Source: Lentisphaerota bacterium (GTDB lineage: Bacteria > Verrucomicrobiota > Kiritimatiellia > UBA8416 > VGWJ01). From it: a stretch of 64,000 nucleotides of DNA. Below, piece after piece: positions 26,660 through 35,300 of this stretch; position 1 is the first letter of the stretch, and every line of letters begins with the position of its first letter. The notes under the pieces were generated by a model. The model did no database searches. It was given only the letters and a program-made list of their open reading frames with translations, and was not told the origin of the DNA. Made by a program: the position numbers and the translations under genes. The stretch spans positions 4,908 to 68,907 of the forward strand of contig VGWJ01000007.1 in NCBI GenBank assembly GCA_016873635.1, written 5' to 3'.

Positions 26660-27082
26660 TCATCGCCTCGCATCCAATGCAACGCTCACGTCGAGAGCAA
26701 GAACCGTCGCCGGCCGGCCCATGCCCATGAGCGGGCCGATCGACGCGTTGTAGCGGTTATTCTCCGGCTTCATGCCGTCAATGCGCTCGTACGGCGGATT
26801 GACGTTCGTGAACGTCGCCGGCTGCTCCTGACCGACCTGGCGCAACAACCGTTCCGGGGTCAGCGTTTCGTCCTGCTTAAACTGTGCAGTACTGCTCTCA
26901 AGCATCGACTTCTTTCCTCCTGACAGGTTGTACTCCGGATCCTCCGCGTTGCGGTCGGACACGTACACCGCGGGCGAACGAGTCGCCGGTGTGCCGGGTT
27001 CCGCCCACGCCGCCGTCACGGCAAGCCAGAAGGTGGCCAGAGCCAGGGAGGCCAGCGGTCGTCGTGTTTCTGTCTGGTTCAT
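26660..27082 (-). CDS. small secreted hypothetical protein
   Basis: ORF trimmed to ATG 27082. It has a signal-peptide-like MNQTETRRPLASLALATFWLAVTAAWA. GC3-rich codon usage is consistent with coding. No family recognised. Confidence 0.4.
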   Translation of the reverse strand: MNQTETRRPLASLALATFWLAVTAAWAEPGTPATRSPAVYVSDRNAEDPEYNLSGGKKSMLESSTAQFKQDETLTPERLLRQVGQEQPATFTNVNPPYERIDGMKPENNRYNASIGPLMGMGRPATVLALDVSVALDARR

Positions 27083-27145
27083 TCCGTTTCTTCTTTTCCT
27101 GACTCCACTCGACTGGAGTCGACTGGAGTCGATTGCCACCGATTC

Positions 27146-28276
27146 TTACCAATACCGCCCCATCTCCAATCCGCGTTCGACGAAGAACCGGTACGTGCCG
27201 TACTCGACCAGGTGACTCACGCTGTGGTCAACCTGCAGCACGTAGCCGCCGCCGGCCATGGCGCCCGGCAACTTGGCGGCAAGCTCGCGCTCCACGGCCT
27301 TGAGATCGTTGGTCTCCAGTACCCGCTCGTCCATGCCGCCGATCAGGGCGATCTGGTCGCCGAAGTTCTTCTTGATGCGCAGCAAGTCCATGCCCGCCTT
27401 GATCTCGATCGGCTGCAGACAGTTGATCCCCGCCTCGATGAGCGACGGGATCAGCGCCTCGACAAAGCCGTCGCAGTGCAGCACCACCGGCAACCCGCGG
27501 CTGTGCGCGAAGTCGAAGAGTTTCTTGTGCGCGGGCATGATCAGCTCGCGGTACATGGCCGGCGACATGAACGGCGTGTGCTTGTAGCCGAGATCGTCCC
27601 AGACCCACAGGCCGTCCGGCAGTCCCTCGCGCGCGAAGAGCGTTTCCAGCAGACGCACCGACAGGTCGGCATACAGGCCGGCCATACGGCGCACCCAATC
27701 GGGATCCGCGGCCATGCCCATCAGCAGGTTTTCGTGCCCGCACATGGGCGACATGACGTCGAACGCGCCCATCACACCGCAGGTCATGAACGTCTGGTCG
27801 CGGGCGCACTTCTGCCGCGTTTCACGGTAGACCGCGAAGTTGATCCGCTTCTCATGGGTCCTTTCATCGAGCAGACGCGGCAGGATCTTGTCCTCCCAGT
27901 CCTGCCGCTCTGCAACGCCAAACCCGACGTGTTCCGGTGCACCGGCCCCGTTCTTGATCCAGCGCAGCAACGCTCCATTGCCATCCCGCACCAACTTGGT
28001 GGTTTCCGTTTCCTCGACCACAACATCAGCCGTCTCCACATCGCCCACCAGGTTGATCAGCTTGTAGTTGCCCGGCGTGATCTCGCCGCCGGTACGGCGC
28101 ACGTCCAGCCCGAAGTGGTCGCTGATGTCCTCCGGCCTGGCAAAGTGCCCCTCAGCCGCCCACTTCACGGCCGTTTCCCGCCAGAACACCTCAAATAGCC
28201 CGATCCGATCCACCGGCTGGTGTCTTAGAATCCTGCTCATTAACTCTTTGCTGTTCAAAGCGCTCACCCTTCCCAA
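27146..28276 (-). CDS. URO-D/MtaA-like family protein, paralog 3
   Basis: 376-aa ORF with a URO-D-like pattern (RHQPVDRIGLFE.., LPVVLHCDGFVEALIPSLIEAGINCLQPIE, GGGYVLQVDHS). Confidence 0.8.
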   Translation of the reverse strand: MGRVSALNSKELMSRILRHQPVDRIGLFEVFWRETAVKWAAEGHFARPEDISDHFGLDVRRTGGEITPGNYKLINLVGDVETADVVVEETETTKLVRDGNGALLRWIKNGAGAPEHVGFGVAERQDWEDKILPRLLDERTHEKRINFAVYRETRQKCARDQTFMTCGVMGAFDVMSPMCGHENLLMGMAADPDWVRRMAGLYADLSVRLLETLFAREGLPDGLWVWDDLGYKHTPFMSPAMYRELIMPAHKKLFDFAHSRGLPVVLHCDGFVEALIPSLIEAGINCLQPIEIKAGMDLLRIKKNFGDQIALIGGMDERVLETNDLKAVERELAAKLPGAMAGGGYVLQVDHSVSHLVEYGTYRFFVERGLEMGRYW

Positions 28277-28303
28277 GTCGGTCGTGTACGCGATGTTCCC
28301 CTG

Positions 28304-29608
28304 TCAACGGGCCGGGGTTTGCGGAATACCCCCGACCGCTTCGATCCGTTGTCGCAGCGCCTCCAGGAACCGCGCCGCGGGCGCGCCGTCCACGAGGCGG
28401 TGGTCGAAGGTCAGGCTCAGCCACAGGCGGTCGCCGGCAACTACCCTGGCACCCTTCACCACAGGCTCCTTCGTGATCCGCCCCACACCGAGCACCGCGC
28501 ACTCCGGCCAGTTGATGATCGGCGTAAAGGCATCAATGCCGGCCATGCCCAGGTTGGTGATTGTGAACGTCCCGCCGCTCATCTCCTCGGCCGCCAGGCG
28601 GCGCGCCCGCGCCCGCTCGGCCAGTTCGCGCGTCAGATCAGCCAGCTTCGGCAGGTCATACTTCGGCGCGTCGCGCACCACCGGCACCACCAGCCCCGCT
28701 TCCGTATCCACCGCGAACCCGATGTTCACGGAATCGGGATGCCGGATGTGGTCGTTCTCCCAGCGGGCGTTGAGCGCCGGATGCTCCAGCAGGGCCTGCG
28801 CCACCTCGCGCATGATGATATCGCCGTAGGCCGGAACCGTTCCTTTCCCCTTGGTCTTTGCCTTGAGTCTTTCGCGCAGCGACACCAGCGCGCCGGCATC
28901 CACCCGTGTCGTCAACGTCACAGGGGCTGTGATGGTCTTGCTGCGGTGCATGCGGTCGGCCACGGTCCGGCGCAGCGTCGAGATCTTCTCGTCGCGTCCG
29001 GGGACCGGCGGGACGGACTGCGCCGCCGCAACGGGCGCCGTCACCGCTGCCGCTCCCCCGCACTGAGTCGCCGCCAGAACATCGCGTTCGCGGATACGTC
29101 CGCCGCGGCCCGTGCCCGGCACCGCTCGCAAATCCACGCCCTCCAGCACGGCACGCCGCGCGGCGCGCGGGGACACGGGCCGAGCGGGGGTAGGCTCTGG
29201 GAGAAACCGCGTGGAACGTAGATCCCCCGCAGGGCCTTCGCTAGTCGAAGGCCGTCTTTGAAGCGGCTCTCCGGTAAGCGGCGGCCCTACATGCCCTCCG
29301 GTCGGCGGCGTAACATCTTTGCCGGCAGCCGGCACAACCGCCTTCCCCGTCGGCGTCGCCTCGCCCGGCGCCACCAGGTAGCCCAGCACATCGGCCACCC
29401 GCACCTTGTCGTCCTTACGGGGCGAGTTGGGCGTCAGGCGCAAAATGCCCTCATCCAGCGATTCGATCTCCTGCACGGCCTTGTCGGTCTCCACCGCGAA
29501 CAACGGCTCGCCGGCCTTCACCGGGTCGCCGTCCTTCTTGAGCCACTCGACGAAGACGGCCTCTTCCATGGACCAACCCTGGCGGGGCAATGTGATTTCA
29601 ATGGCCAT
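28304..29608 (-). CDS. dihydrolipoamide acyltransferase (E2) of a 2-oxoacid/acetoin dehydrogenase complex
   Basis: 434-aa ORF. It has a lipoyl domain with VETDKAV, an E3-binding domain (PRAARRAVLEGVDLRAVPGTGRGGRI) and a catalytic domain with LSLTFDHRLVDGA. Confidence 0.92.
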   Translation of the reverse strand: MAIEITLPRQGWSMEEAVFVEWLKKDGDPVKAGEPLFAVETDKAVQEIESLDEGILRLTPNSPRKDDKVRVADVLGYLVAPGEATPTGKAVVPAAGKDVTPPTGGHVGPPLTGEPLQRRPSTSEGPAGDLRSTRFLPEPTPARPVSPRAARRAVLEGVDLRAVPGTGRGGRIRERDVLAATQCGGAAAVTAPVAAAQSVPPVPGRDEKISTLRRTVADRMHRSKTITAPVTLTTRVDAGALVSLRERLKAKTKGKGTVPAYGDIIMREVAQALLEHPALNARWENDHIRHPDSVNIGFAVDTEAGLVVPVVRDAPKYDLPKLADLTRELAERARARRLAAEEMSGGTFTITNLGMAGIDAFTPIINWPECAVLGVGRITKEPVVKGARVVAGDRLWLSLTFDHRLVDGAPAARFLEALRQRIEAVGGIPQTPAR

Positions 29609-29610
29609 GT

Positions 29611-31620
29611 CTACTCCTCCATCAGTTCCCGCACGGCCTGCGCGATGGCCGCCGCATCGGGCACCAACTGCTTCTCCAGGGGCGGACTGTACGGCACCGG
29701 CGCGAACGCGCCGTGCAGCCGTTTCACCGGCGCGTCCAGATCGTCGAATCCTTCCGAGGCGACGGCCGTCGCGATCTCGCTGGCCACGCTGTAGGGTGCG
29801 AAATCCTCGTCCACAATCAAAAGCCGCCCGGTCTTGCGCACCGACTCCAGCACCGTCGCCGTGTCCAGTGGCGCGAGGGTGCGCGGATCGATCAACTCGA
29901 CGTCAACGCCTTCCGTCGCCAGTGCGTCCGCCGCCTTTTTCGCGTGGTGGACCATCATCGCCAGCGCCACGACGGTCACGTCGCGGCCTTCGCGCACCAC
30001 AGCGGCCTTCCCGAACTCGATCTCGTAATCCGCCTCCGGCACCGGGCATTTGAACCCGATCAACTCCCGGTGTTCCAGGAACAGGACGGGATCGTTGCCC
30101 CGCAGCGCCCGCATGAACAGCCCCTTGGCGTCGTAGGCGTTGGACGGCATGGCCACCTTCAAACCGGGAAAATGCGCGAACAGGGATCCGTAGTTTCCCG
30201 AGTGGTGGGTGGCCGCCGAATGCCCGATGCCGATGCAGCCCCGCAAGAGTACCGGCATGTTCAGCCGCCCGTTGCTCATGTAGCGCATCTTGGCGATCTG
30301 GTTGATGATCTCGCCGACGCCATCCAGCACGAAGTCGGCGAACATGAAGTCGATGACCGGCCGCGCGCCGGCCATGGCCGCGCCGCAGGCGAGCCCCACG
30401 AAACCGCGCTCGCAGATCGGCGTATCGCACAGCCGGTCCGCGCCATACTTCTGGAAGAGCCCGGCCGTCGTGGCGAAGTTGCCGCCGCGCACGCCGATGC
30501 CTTCGCCCATCACGAAGATTCCCGGCTGACGCGCCATTTCCGCGTCCAGCGCTTCCAGCGTGCCGCGGATCACGTTGATCTCGCGCGTGCCGGCCGGCCG
30601 TTCCGGCGCGGGCCCGGGCGGCGTTTCGTCAAACACGTGCTGTGTGGCGGTTGCCTCCGCCGGCCAAGGCTCGGCCTCCGCCGTCTTGAGCGCGGCCGCC
30701 GCCTTTTCGCCGATCTCCTTCTCGATGGCAACCAGTTCAACCTCCGCGGCGACCTTGCCCTGGAGCAGCCGCTTGCGCAGGGCCTGGATCGGACACTTGG
30801 CGCGCCACGCCTCCACCTCCTCGCGGGTGCGGTAGGTGTAGTCGCCCATCCCTTCGGCGTGGGGGCGTGTGCGGTAGGTGCGGCACTCGATCAGCGTCGG
30901 GCCGTTTCCGGAGCGCGCCCGCTCCACGGCCTCCTTCGCCGCAGCCGACACCGCGAGCACGTCGTTGCCGTCCACGGCGATGCCGGGAATGCTGTAGGCG
31001 GCCGCGCGCTCGGCGATCTCGGGATTACCGCCGGAATAGCCGATCGGAATCTCCGTCGCGTATTGGTTGTTCTCGCAGACGAACAGTACCGGCAGTTTCC
31101 AGATGGCGGCCATGTTCAGGCCCTCGTGGAACGCTCCGTTGTTCGACGCTCCATCGCCGAAGAAGGCGACAGCCACCCGTCCATCCTTGAGCACCTTCGC
31201 GGCGTACCCCGCGCCCGCGGCCTGCAGGATGCACGGACCGACAATGCCGGTCGTTCCCATGAGCCCGATTTCCGGCGCGAACAGGTGCATACTGCCGCCG
31301 CGCCCGCTCGAGCAGCCCGTCGCGCGGCCCAGAAGTTCGGCGATCAGCGCGCGCGGTTCCAGCCCCTTGGCCAACGCATGCCCGTGACCGCGATGCGTAC
31401 TGAAAATCGGATCCTGAGGCCGCAGGTGAGCGCAAACACCGGCAGCGACCGCCTCTTCACCAATGTACGTGTGGCACGCTCCGTGAATAAGCCCGCGCTG
31501 GTGCGCCCGCAGCAGTTGCTCCTCCGTCAACCGGATCGTCAGCATGGTCCGGTAAAGGGCGAGCGCCCGCTCACGGTCAACGCCGGCCGCCGCCCCAGGC
31601 TTGTGTTGTTTGGTTGTCAT
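29611..31620 (-). CDS. fused TPP-dependent dehydrogenase E1 component (alpha and beta subunits in one polypeptide)
   Basis: The ORF is trimmed to ATG 31620 (MTTKQHKPG..), which has a GAAGGAAG RBS. The N-terminal half is E1-alpha-like (GACHTYIGEEAV, TPP motif GDGASNNG..NN). The C-terminal half is E1-beta-like (VFVMGEGIG, transketolase C-terminal domain). The stop lies 2 nt before the E2 start. Confidence 0.9.
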   Translation of the reverse strand: MTTKQHKPGAAAGVDRERALALYRTMLTIRLTEEQLLRAHQRGLIHGACHTYIGEEAVAAGVCAHLRPQDPIFSTHRGHGHALAKGLEPRALIAELLGRATGCSSGRGGSMHLFAPEIGLMGTTGIVGPCILQAAGAGYAAKVLKDGRVAVAFFGDGASNNGAFHEGLNMAAIWKLPVLFVCENNQYATEIPIGYSGGNPEIAERAAAYSIPGIAVDGNDVLAVSAAAKEAVERARSGNGPTLIECRTYRTRPHAEGMGDYTYRTREEVEAWRAKCPIQALRKRLLQGKVAAEVELVAIEKEIGEKAAAALKTAEAEPWPAEATATQHVFDETPPGPAPERPAGTREINVIRGTLEALDAEMARQPGIFVMGEGIGVRGGNFATTAGLFQKYGADRLCDTPICERGFVGLACGAAMAGARPVIDFMFADFVLDGVGEIINQIAKMRYMSNGRLNMPVLLRGCIGIGHSAATHHSGNYGSLFAHFPGLKVAMPSNAYDAKGLFMRALRGNDPVLFLEHRELIGFKCPVPEADYEIEFGKAAVVREGRDVTVVALAMMVHHAKKAADALATEGVDVELIDPRTLAPLDTATVLESVRKTGRLLIVDEDFAPYSVASEIATAVASEGFDDLDAPVKRLHGAFAPVPYSPPLEKQLVPDAAAIAQAVRELMEE

Positions 31621-31673
31621 GGCGTCTTCCTTCAGTTCGATCTCTGGCACGGACAAGGCTCAGGCACCGCCTT

Positions 31674-32912
31674 TCATGTCAGCGGATACGTCCCGCATTC
31701 CAAAACGGTGCGGATCATCGCTTCGACGTTCTGAGGCGGCACCCCGTGCTGAAGATTGTGAACGGCGGCAAACACGAATCCGCCGCCCGGCGCGAAGACG
31801 CGCAGCCGTTCCCTGACGTGCGCGGCCACCTCCCGGACCGTGCCGCCGGGCAGTACCCTCTGCGTATCGGCTCCGCCTCCCCAAAACACGATCCGTCCGC
31901 CAAATCGTTCCTTGAGTCTGGCTGGCTCCATGCGCACACAACTGGTTTGCACGGGATTCAGAATATCCACCCCCGCCGCGATGAAATGTTCGATCAGATT
32001 CCAGTTTGAGCCGCAAGAGTGGAACATGGTCTTGGCCCGGCTGTGGCCATGCACATAATCGTTCATGCGCCGGTACCGCGGCAGATAAAGGCGCGCGAAC
32101 GTATCCGGGCTGAACAACTCGCCGTTCTGCGTCCCGAAGTCGGTGCCCGAGATCAGGATCGTGTCGATATGCGGCCCCACGGCCTGGAGATACAGCCGCA
32201 GGTTCTCGATGGTCCGCTCGGCCGTGGCGGCCAGGATGCCGGAGACATAATCCTCGTCCGAGGCCAGGAGGCAGAGCCAGTCGCCGATGGTATGACCGGC
32301 GAAAATGCCGTTGGTGCCCAACCCGCCCTTCAGGAAGCCGCCGTGGACCGAATATTCGGTGTTGTCGTGCAGAAACCGCGCGCGCGTTTCCAGTTTGCGA
32401 AGCTCCTCGTCGGTGTACAAGGGAATGGATCGTTTCCACGCCTCCGGGTCGGTTCGCGGAATATCGCCCGCCGACATCCCGGTCGCGCAGTCGCGATCGA
32501 AGTACAGCGCCGTCGGCGCCATCACCGCCAGCGACACGCCTCGCGCGTCATAAAGGCGCAAGTAGCCCCGCTCGTCCTTGACCGGCCGGAACCCGCCGGG
32601 CATGAGGACGCTCGATCCCACATTCGTTTGCCAGAGTTTCCAATCCTTGTTTTCCAACCCCCACGTCTCCACGGGGTTCTCCAGCTCGATGACGTCGGAG
32701 TGAAACCAGCGCCGCATGTCGTCGTTCAGACGCGCCAGCATCTGAAACTGCTCATAGACTTTCGGCGGTTCGACGTCCAGACCGAGATACCTGCCCAGCG
32801 CAACGCAATGATCCACGTGCACTCCGGTGACCTTCGTGCCGCCGATATCGATCGGCACCCGGTCCGGTTCCTCGTGATTGATCGCCTTGCGTACACGTTC
32901 GCGTGAGTTCAT
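31674..32912 (-). CDS. URO-D/MtaA-like family protein, paralog 4
   Basis: 412-aa ORF with MNSRERVRKAINHEEPDRVPIDIG, FHSCGSNWNLIEHFIAAGVDILNPVQ and FVFAAVHNLQ. Confidence 0.8.
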   Translation of the reverse strand: MNSRERVRKAINHEEPDRVPIDIGGTKVTGVHVDHCVALGRYLGLDVEPPKVYEQFQMLARLNDDMRRWFHSDVIELENPVETWGLENKDWKLWQTNVGSSVLMPGGFRPVKDERGYLRLYDARGVSLAVMAPTALYFDRDCATGMSAGDIPRTDPEAWKRSIPLYTDEELRKLETRARFLHDNTEYSVHGGFLKGGLGTNGIFAGHTIGDWLCLLASDEDYVSGILAATAERTIENLRLYLQAVGPHIDTILISGTDFGTQNGELFSPDTFARLYLPRYRRMNDYVHGHSRAKTMFHSCGSNWNLIEHFIAAGVDILNPVQTSCVRMEPARLKERFGGRIVFWGGGADTQRVLPGGTVREVAAHVRERLRVFAPGGGFVFAAVHNLQHGVPPQNVEAMIRTVLECGTYPLT

Positions 32913-32916
32913 GTTC

Positions 32917-33028
32917 CTAGACTCGCCCTACCGTAAGACCCTCGCCTGGCCGGAGCAGTATGGCCTTGACGCCGGCACATCGCGGCGCAGGCGTTGATGA
33001 AACCGGGAGGCCGCGGATCATCAACCAG
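32917..33028 (-). pseudogene. frameshifted remnant of the C-terminus of an MBL-fold hydrolase paralog
   Basis: Minus-strand translation gives LVDDPRPPGFINACAAMC, then after a 1-nt frameshift GVKAILLRPGEGLTVGRV*. This parallels GDPAGFLNACAVMCPGVKAMLLRPGEGFTVERRG of the 37215-38012 gene. The DNA is alignable with 37215-37330. Confidence 0.6.
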
Positions 33029-33062
33029 GCACTTCATAGTTCACCCTTTTCTCCACCGAGTG

Positions 33063-33845
33063 TCAGAAATCCCTCGAATACCCGGCGGTCCAGCCGCCGT
33101 CCACGGTCACCACCGAACCGGTCATGTACTCGTTCTCCGGCGCCACCAGGAACAGCGCGGCAGTCGCGATGTCCGTAACCTTGCCGAAGCGGTGGAGAGG
33201 TATGTGCGACAGCATGGCCTCCAGCCGGGCCTTCATGATCGGGTTCGCACCGGTGAAGAGCCCCGTCGCGCCTTCGATCGGGATCGAGCCCGGAGCAATG
33301 GCATTGACCAGCACGCCACGTTCGGCAAACTCCAGCGCCATGGCCTTGGTCAGGTTCACCACGCCGGCCTTGGCCGCAACAAAGGCGCACTGCAGCCGCG
33401 CCGGCACCAGGCCGAACACCGAGGCGATGTTGACGATCCGGCCCCCGCCGCGCTCGAAGAGCAGCGGAACGAACGCCTTCGTCATGCGGTAGCAGCCGGT
33501 CAGGTCGGTGTTCACGATCCAGTCCCACTCCTCCTGCGGGAACTGCTCCAGCGTGACGCGGTGCTTCATCGTGTTCACCCCGGCGTTGTTGATCAGGATG
33601 TCGAGTCCGCCGAAGGTCTCGCGCACCCATCCCACCGCGGCCTCGATGTCCGCCTGGCTCGTGACGTCCAGCCGCCGCGCCGCGCAGCCGGCCCTGGCGG
33701 CCGCTCCCTGCCGGACGCCTTCCTCGACGATGTCGGTGTACGCCACCCGCGCCCCGTTCGCCGCCAGCATGTCGGCAATCGCCTTGCCAATGCCCCGCGC
33801 CGCGCCGGTGACCAGGGCCGTCTTGCCATTCAGGTCTACGTTCAT
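33063..33845 (-). CDS. SDR-family oxidoreductase (FabG-like)
   Basis: 260-aa ORF with KTALVTGAARGIG, NNAG and the catalytic YVAAK-type motif (FVAAKAG). Confidence 0.9.
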   Translation of the reverse strand: MNVDLNGKTALVTGAARGIGKAIADMLAANGARVAYTDIVEEGVRQGAAARAGCAARRLDVTSQADIEAAVGWVRETFGGLDILINNAGVNTMKHRVTLEQFPQEEWDWIVNTDLTGCYRMTKAFVPLLFERGGGRIVNIASVFGLVPARLQCAFVAAKAGVVNLTKAMALEFAERGVLVNAIAPGSIPIEGATGLFTGANPIMKARLEAMLSHIPLHRFGKVTDIATAALFLVAPENEYMTGSVVTVDGGWTAGYSRDF

Positions 33846-33859
33846 GTCCTAGCCTCTCT

Positions 33860-34297
33860 TCACTCCACTTCCGCCACCACGCTCGTCATCTGCCTCAGGT
33901 TGTCCGATACGGGACAACGTTCGTCCACTTCCTTCAGGAATTCGCGCTTCTGTTCCTCCGTGAGATCCGCATCGATCTTCACGCGCACGACGAAGCCGCC
34001 GAAACCGGCGCGGTTCGCCTGGGATTTTCCCAGCAGCACGTCCGTGTCCAGTTCGCCGCCGACGGCGATCTCCATGCCGCGCAGCGCGATCTTCTTCTGG
34101 TGCGCCACAATGCGGCCGATGGACCCGATGCACCCAGCCAGCGCAACCATCTGGTACTCCAGCGGAGTCGGGCCGGCATCCGTACCGCCGGCCGGTCTAG
34201 GCTGGTCAACGATCACACGGTGGCCGCGGACCTGGCTCTCGATCTTCATGCCCGGCCCCAATGCCGCAACGATCTCGACTCGTTTCATGTTGGACAT
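33860..34297 (-). CDS. OsmC/Ohr-family peroxiredoxin-like protein
   Basis: The ORF is trimmed to ATG 34297 (MSNMKRVEIVAALGPG...), which has a GAGGAG RBS. It has GPTPLEYQMVALAGC and a CPVSDNL C-terminal Cys motif. Confidence 0.82.
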   Translation of the reverse strand: MSNMKRVEIVAALGPGMKIESQVRGHRVIVDQPRPAGGTDAGPTPLEYQMVALAGCIGSIGRIVAHQKKIALRGMEIAVGGELDTDVLLGKSQANRAGFGGFVVRVKIDADLTEEQKREFLKEVDERCPVSDNLRQMTSVVAEVE

Positions 34298-34430
34298 GTC
34301 TGGCTCCTCGCAACCGACCTCATCCTTCTTCGGACACGGGCTACTGTAGCATACGCGATTCGATAGACATCCGCTGTTTGTGCCCGTATATTTATCCCTT
34401 TGTGCTCCAGGTGGCCTTCCGGGAGGTTCC

Positions 34431-35285
34431 ATGCCGTTGTCATCGAGTCCCATCCGCCTCATCGCGCGCTCGCAGGCGCCCATGCCCGGTCCCAAGGGCC
34501 GCTCGGCGGGCGACCGCGGCGTGCATCAGCACCCCGAGGTGGAACTGCTGGTCTTCGAGCACGGCGCCGTGACCATGCTCTACGGCGGGCGCTCCCTGGA
34601 AGTTCCGCCGGAACGCCTGGCGCTCTTCTGGGGTGCCATGCCGCATCAGGCGCTGGATGCCGATCCGCGCGCCGTATCGCACGTCGTGTACCTGCCGGTG
34701 CCGATGCTGATGCACTGGCAACTGCCGGCGGGGTTCATGCGCTCCCTGCTGGACTTCGAGGTGCTGATCGAAGCGGCCCCGGGAGCGCCGGCGGGCGACC
34801 TCGACTGTGTGAAGCATTGGATCCGGATGCTGGGGCGGCGCTCGGTCGAGGCCGACCGGATTGTACTGCTCGAGGTGGAGGCGCGGCTGCGCCGGATGGC
34901 GCTCGACCGCCACGCCGCCTCCGTGCTGGCGCCGCGCGCCGCCGGCGCCGGCCGGCTCGAACGCATGGTGGAAACCATCGCCCGGCGTTGTCTGAGTGCG
35001 CCCAGGGCCGAGGAAGTGGCCCGGGAGGCCGGCTTGACCCGCGCCTATGCGGCCCGCCTGTTCCGGCGCGAGACCGGCATGACCATGCTCGAGTACATCA
35101 CGCGCCAGCGCATCTCGCATGCCCAGCGCCTGCTGGCCACCACCAATCGCGGCGTGCTGGATATCATGGGGGAGTGCGGCTTCAAGTCGCCGACCCGCTT
35201 CTATGCCGCCTTCCGCCGCTATGCCGAAGGCACACCCGCGCAATACCGCCGCCGCTTCTTCCCCGCCGGCGCGGCCGCGCGCTGA
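34431..35285 (+). CDS. AraC-family transcriptional regulator (cupin sensor plus HTH)
   Basis: ATG 34431 is preceded by GGGAGG. The N-terminus is cupin-like (HQHPEVELLVFEHG). The C-terminal AraC HTH reads AREAGLTRAYAARLFRRETGMT...GFKSPTRFYAAFRRY. It is the only plus-strand gene and is divergent from OsmC. Confidence 0.88.
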   Translation: MPLSSSPIRLIARSQAPMPGPKGRSAGDRGVHQHPEVELLVFEHGAVTMLYGGRSLEVPPERLALFWGAMPHQALDADPRAVSHVVYLPVPMLMHWQLPAGFMRSLLDFEVLIEAAPGAPAGDLDCVKHWIRMLGRRSVEADRIVLLEVEARLRRMALDRHAASVLAPRAAGAGRLERMVETIARRCLSAPRAEEVAREAGLTRAYAARLFRRETGMTMLEYITRQRISHAQRLLATTNRGVLDIMGECGFKSPTRFYAAFRRYAEGTPAQYRRRFFPAGAAAR

Positions 35286-35300
35286 GCCTGCCTGCTCCTC

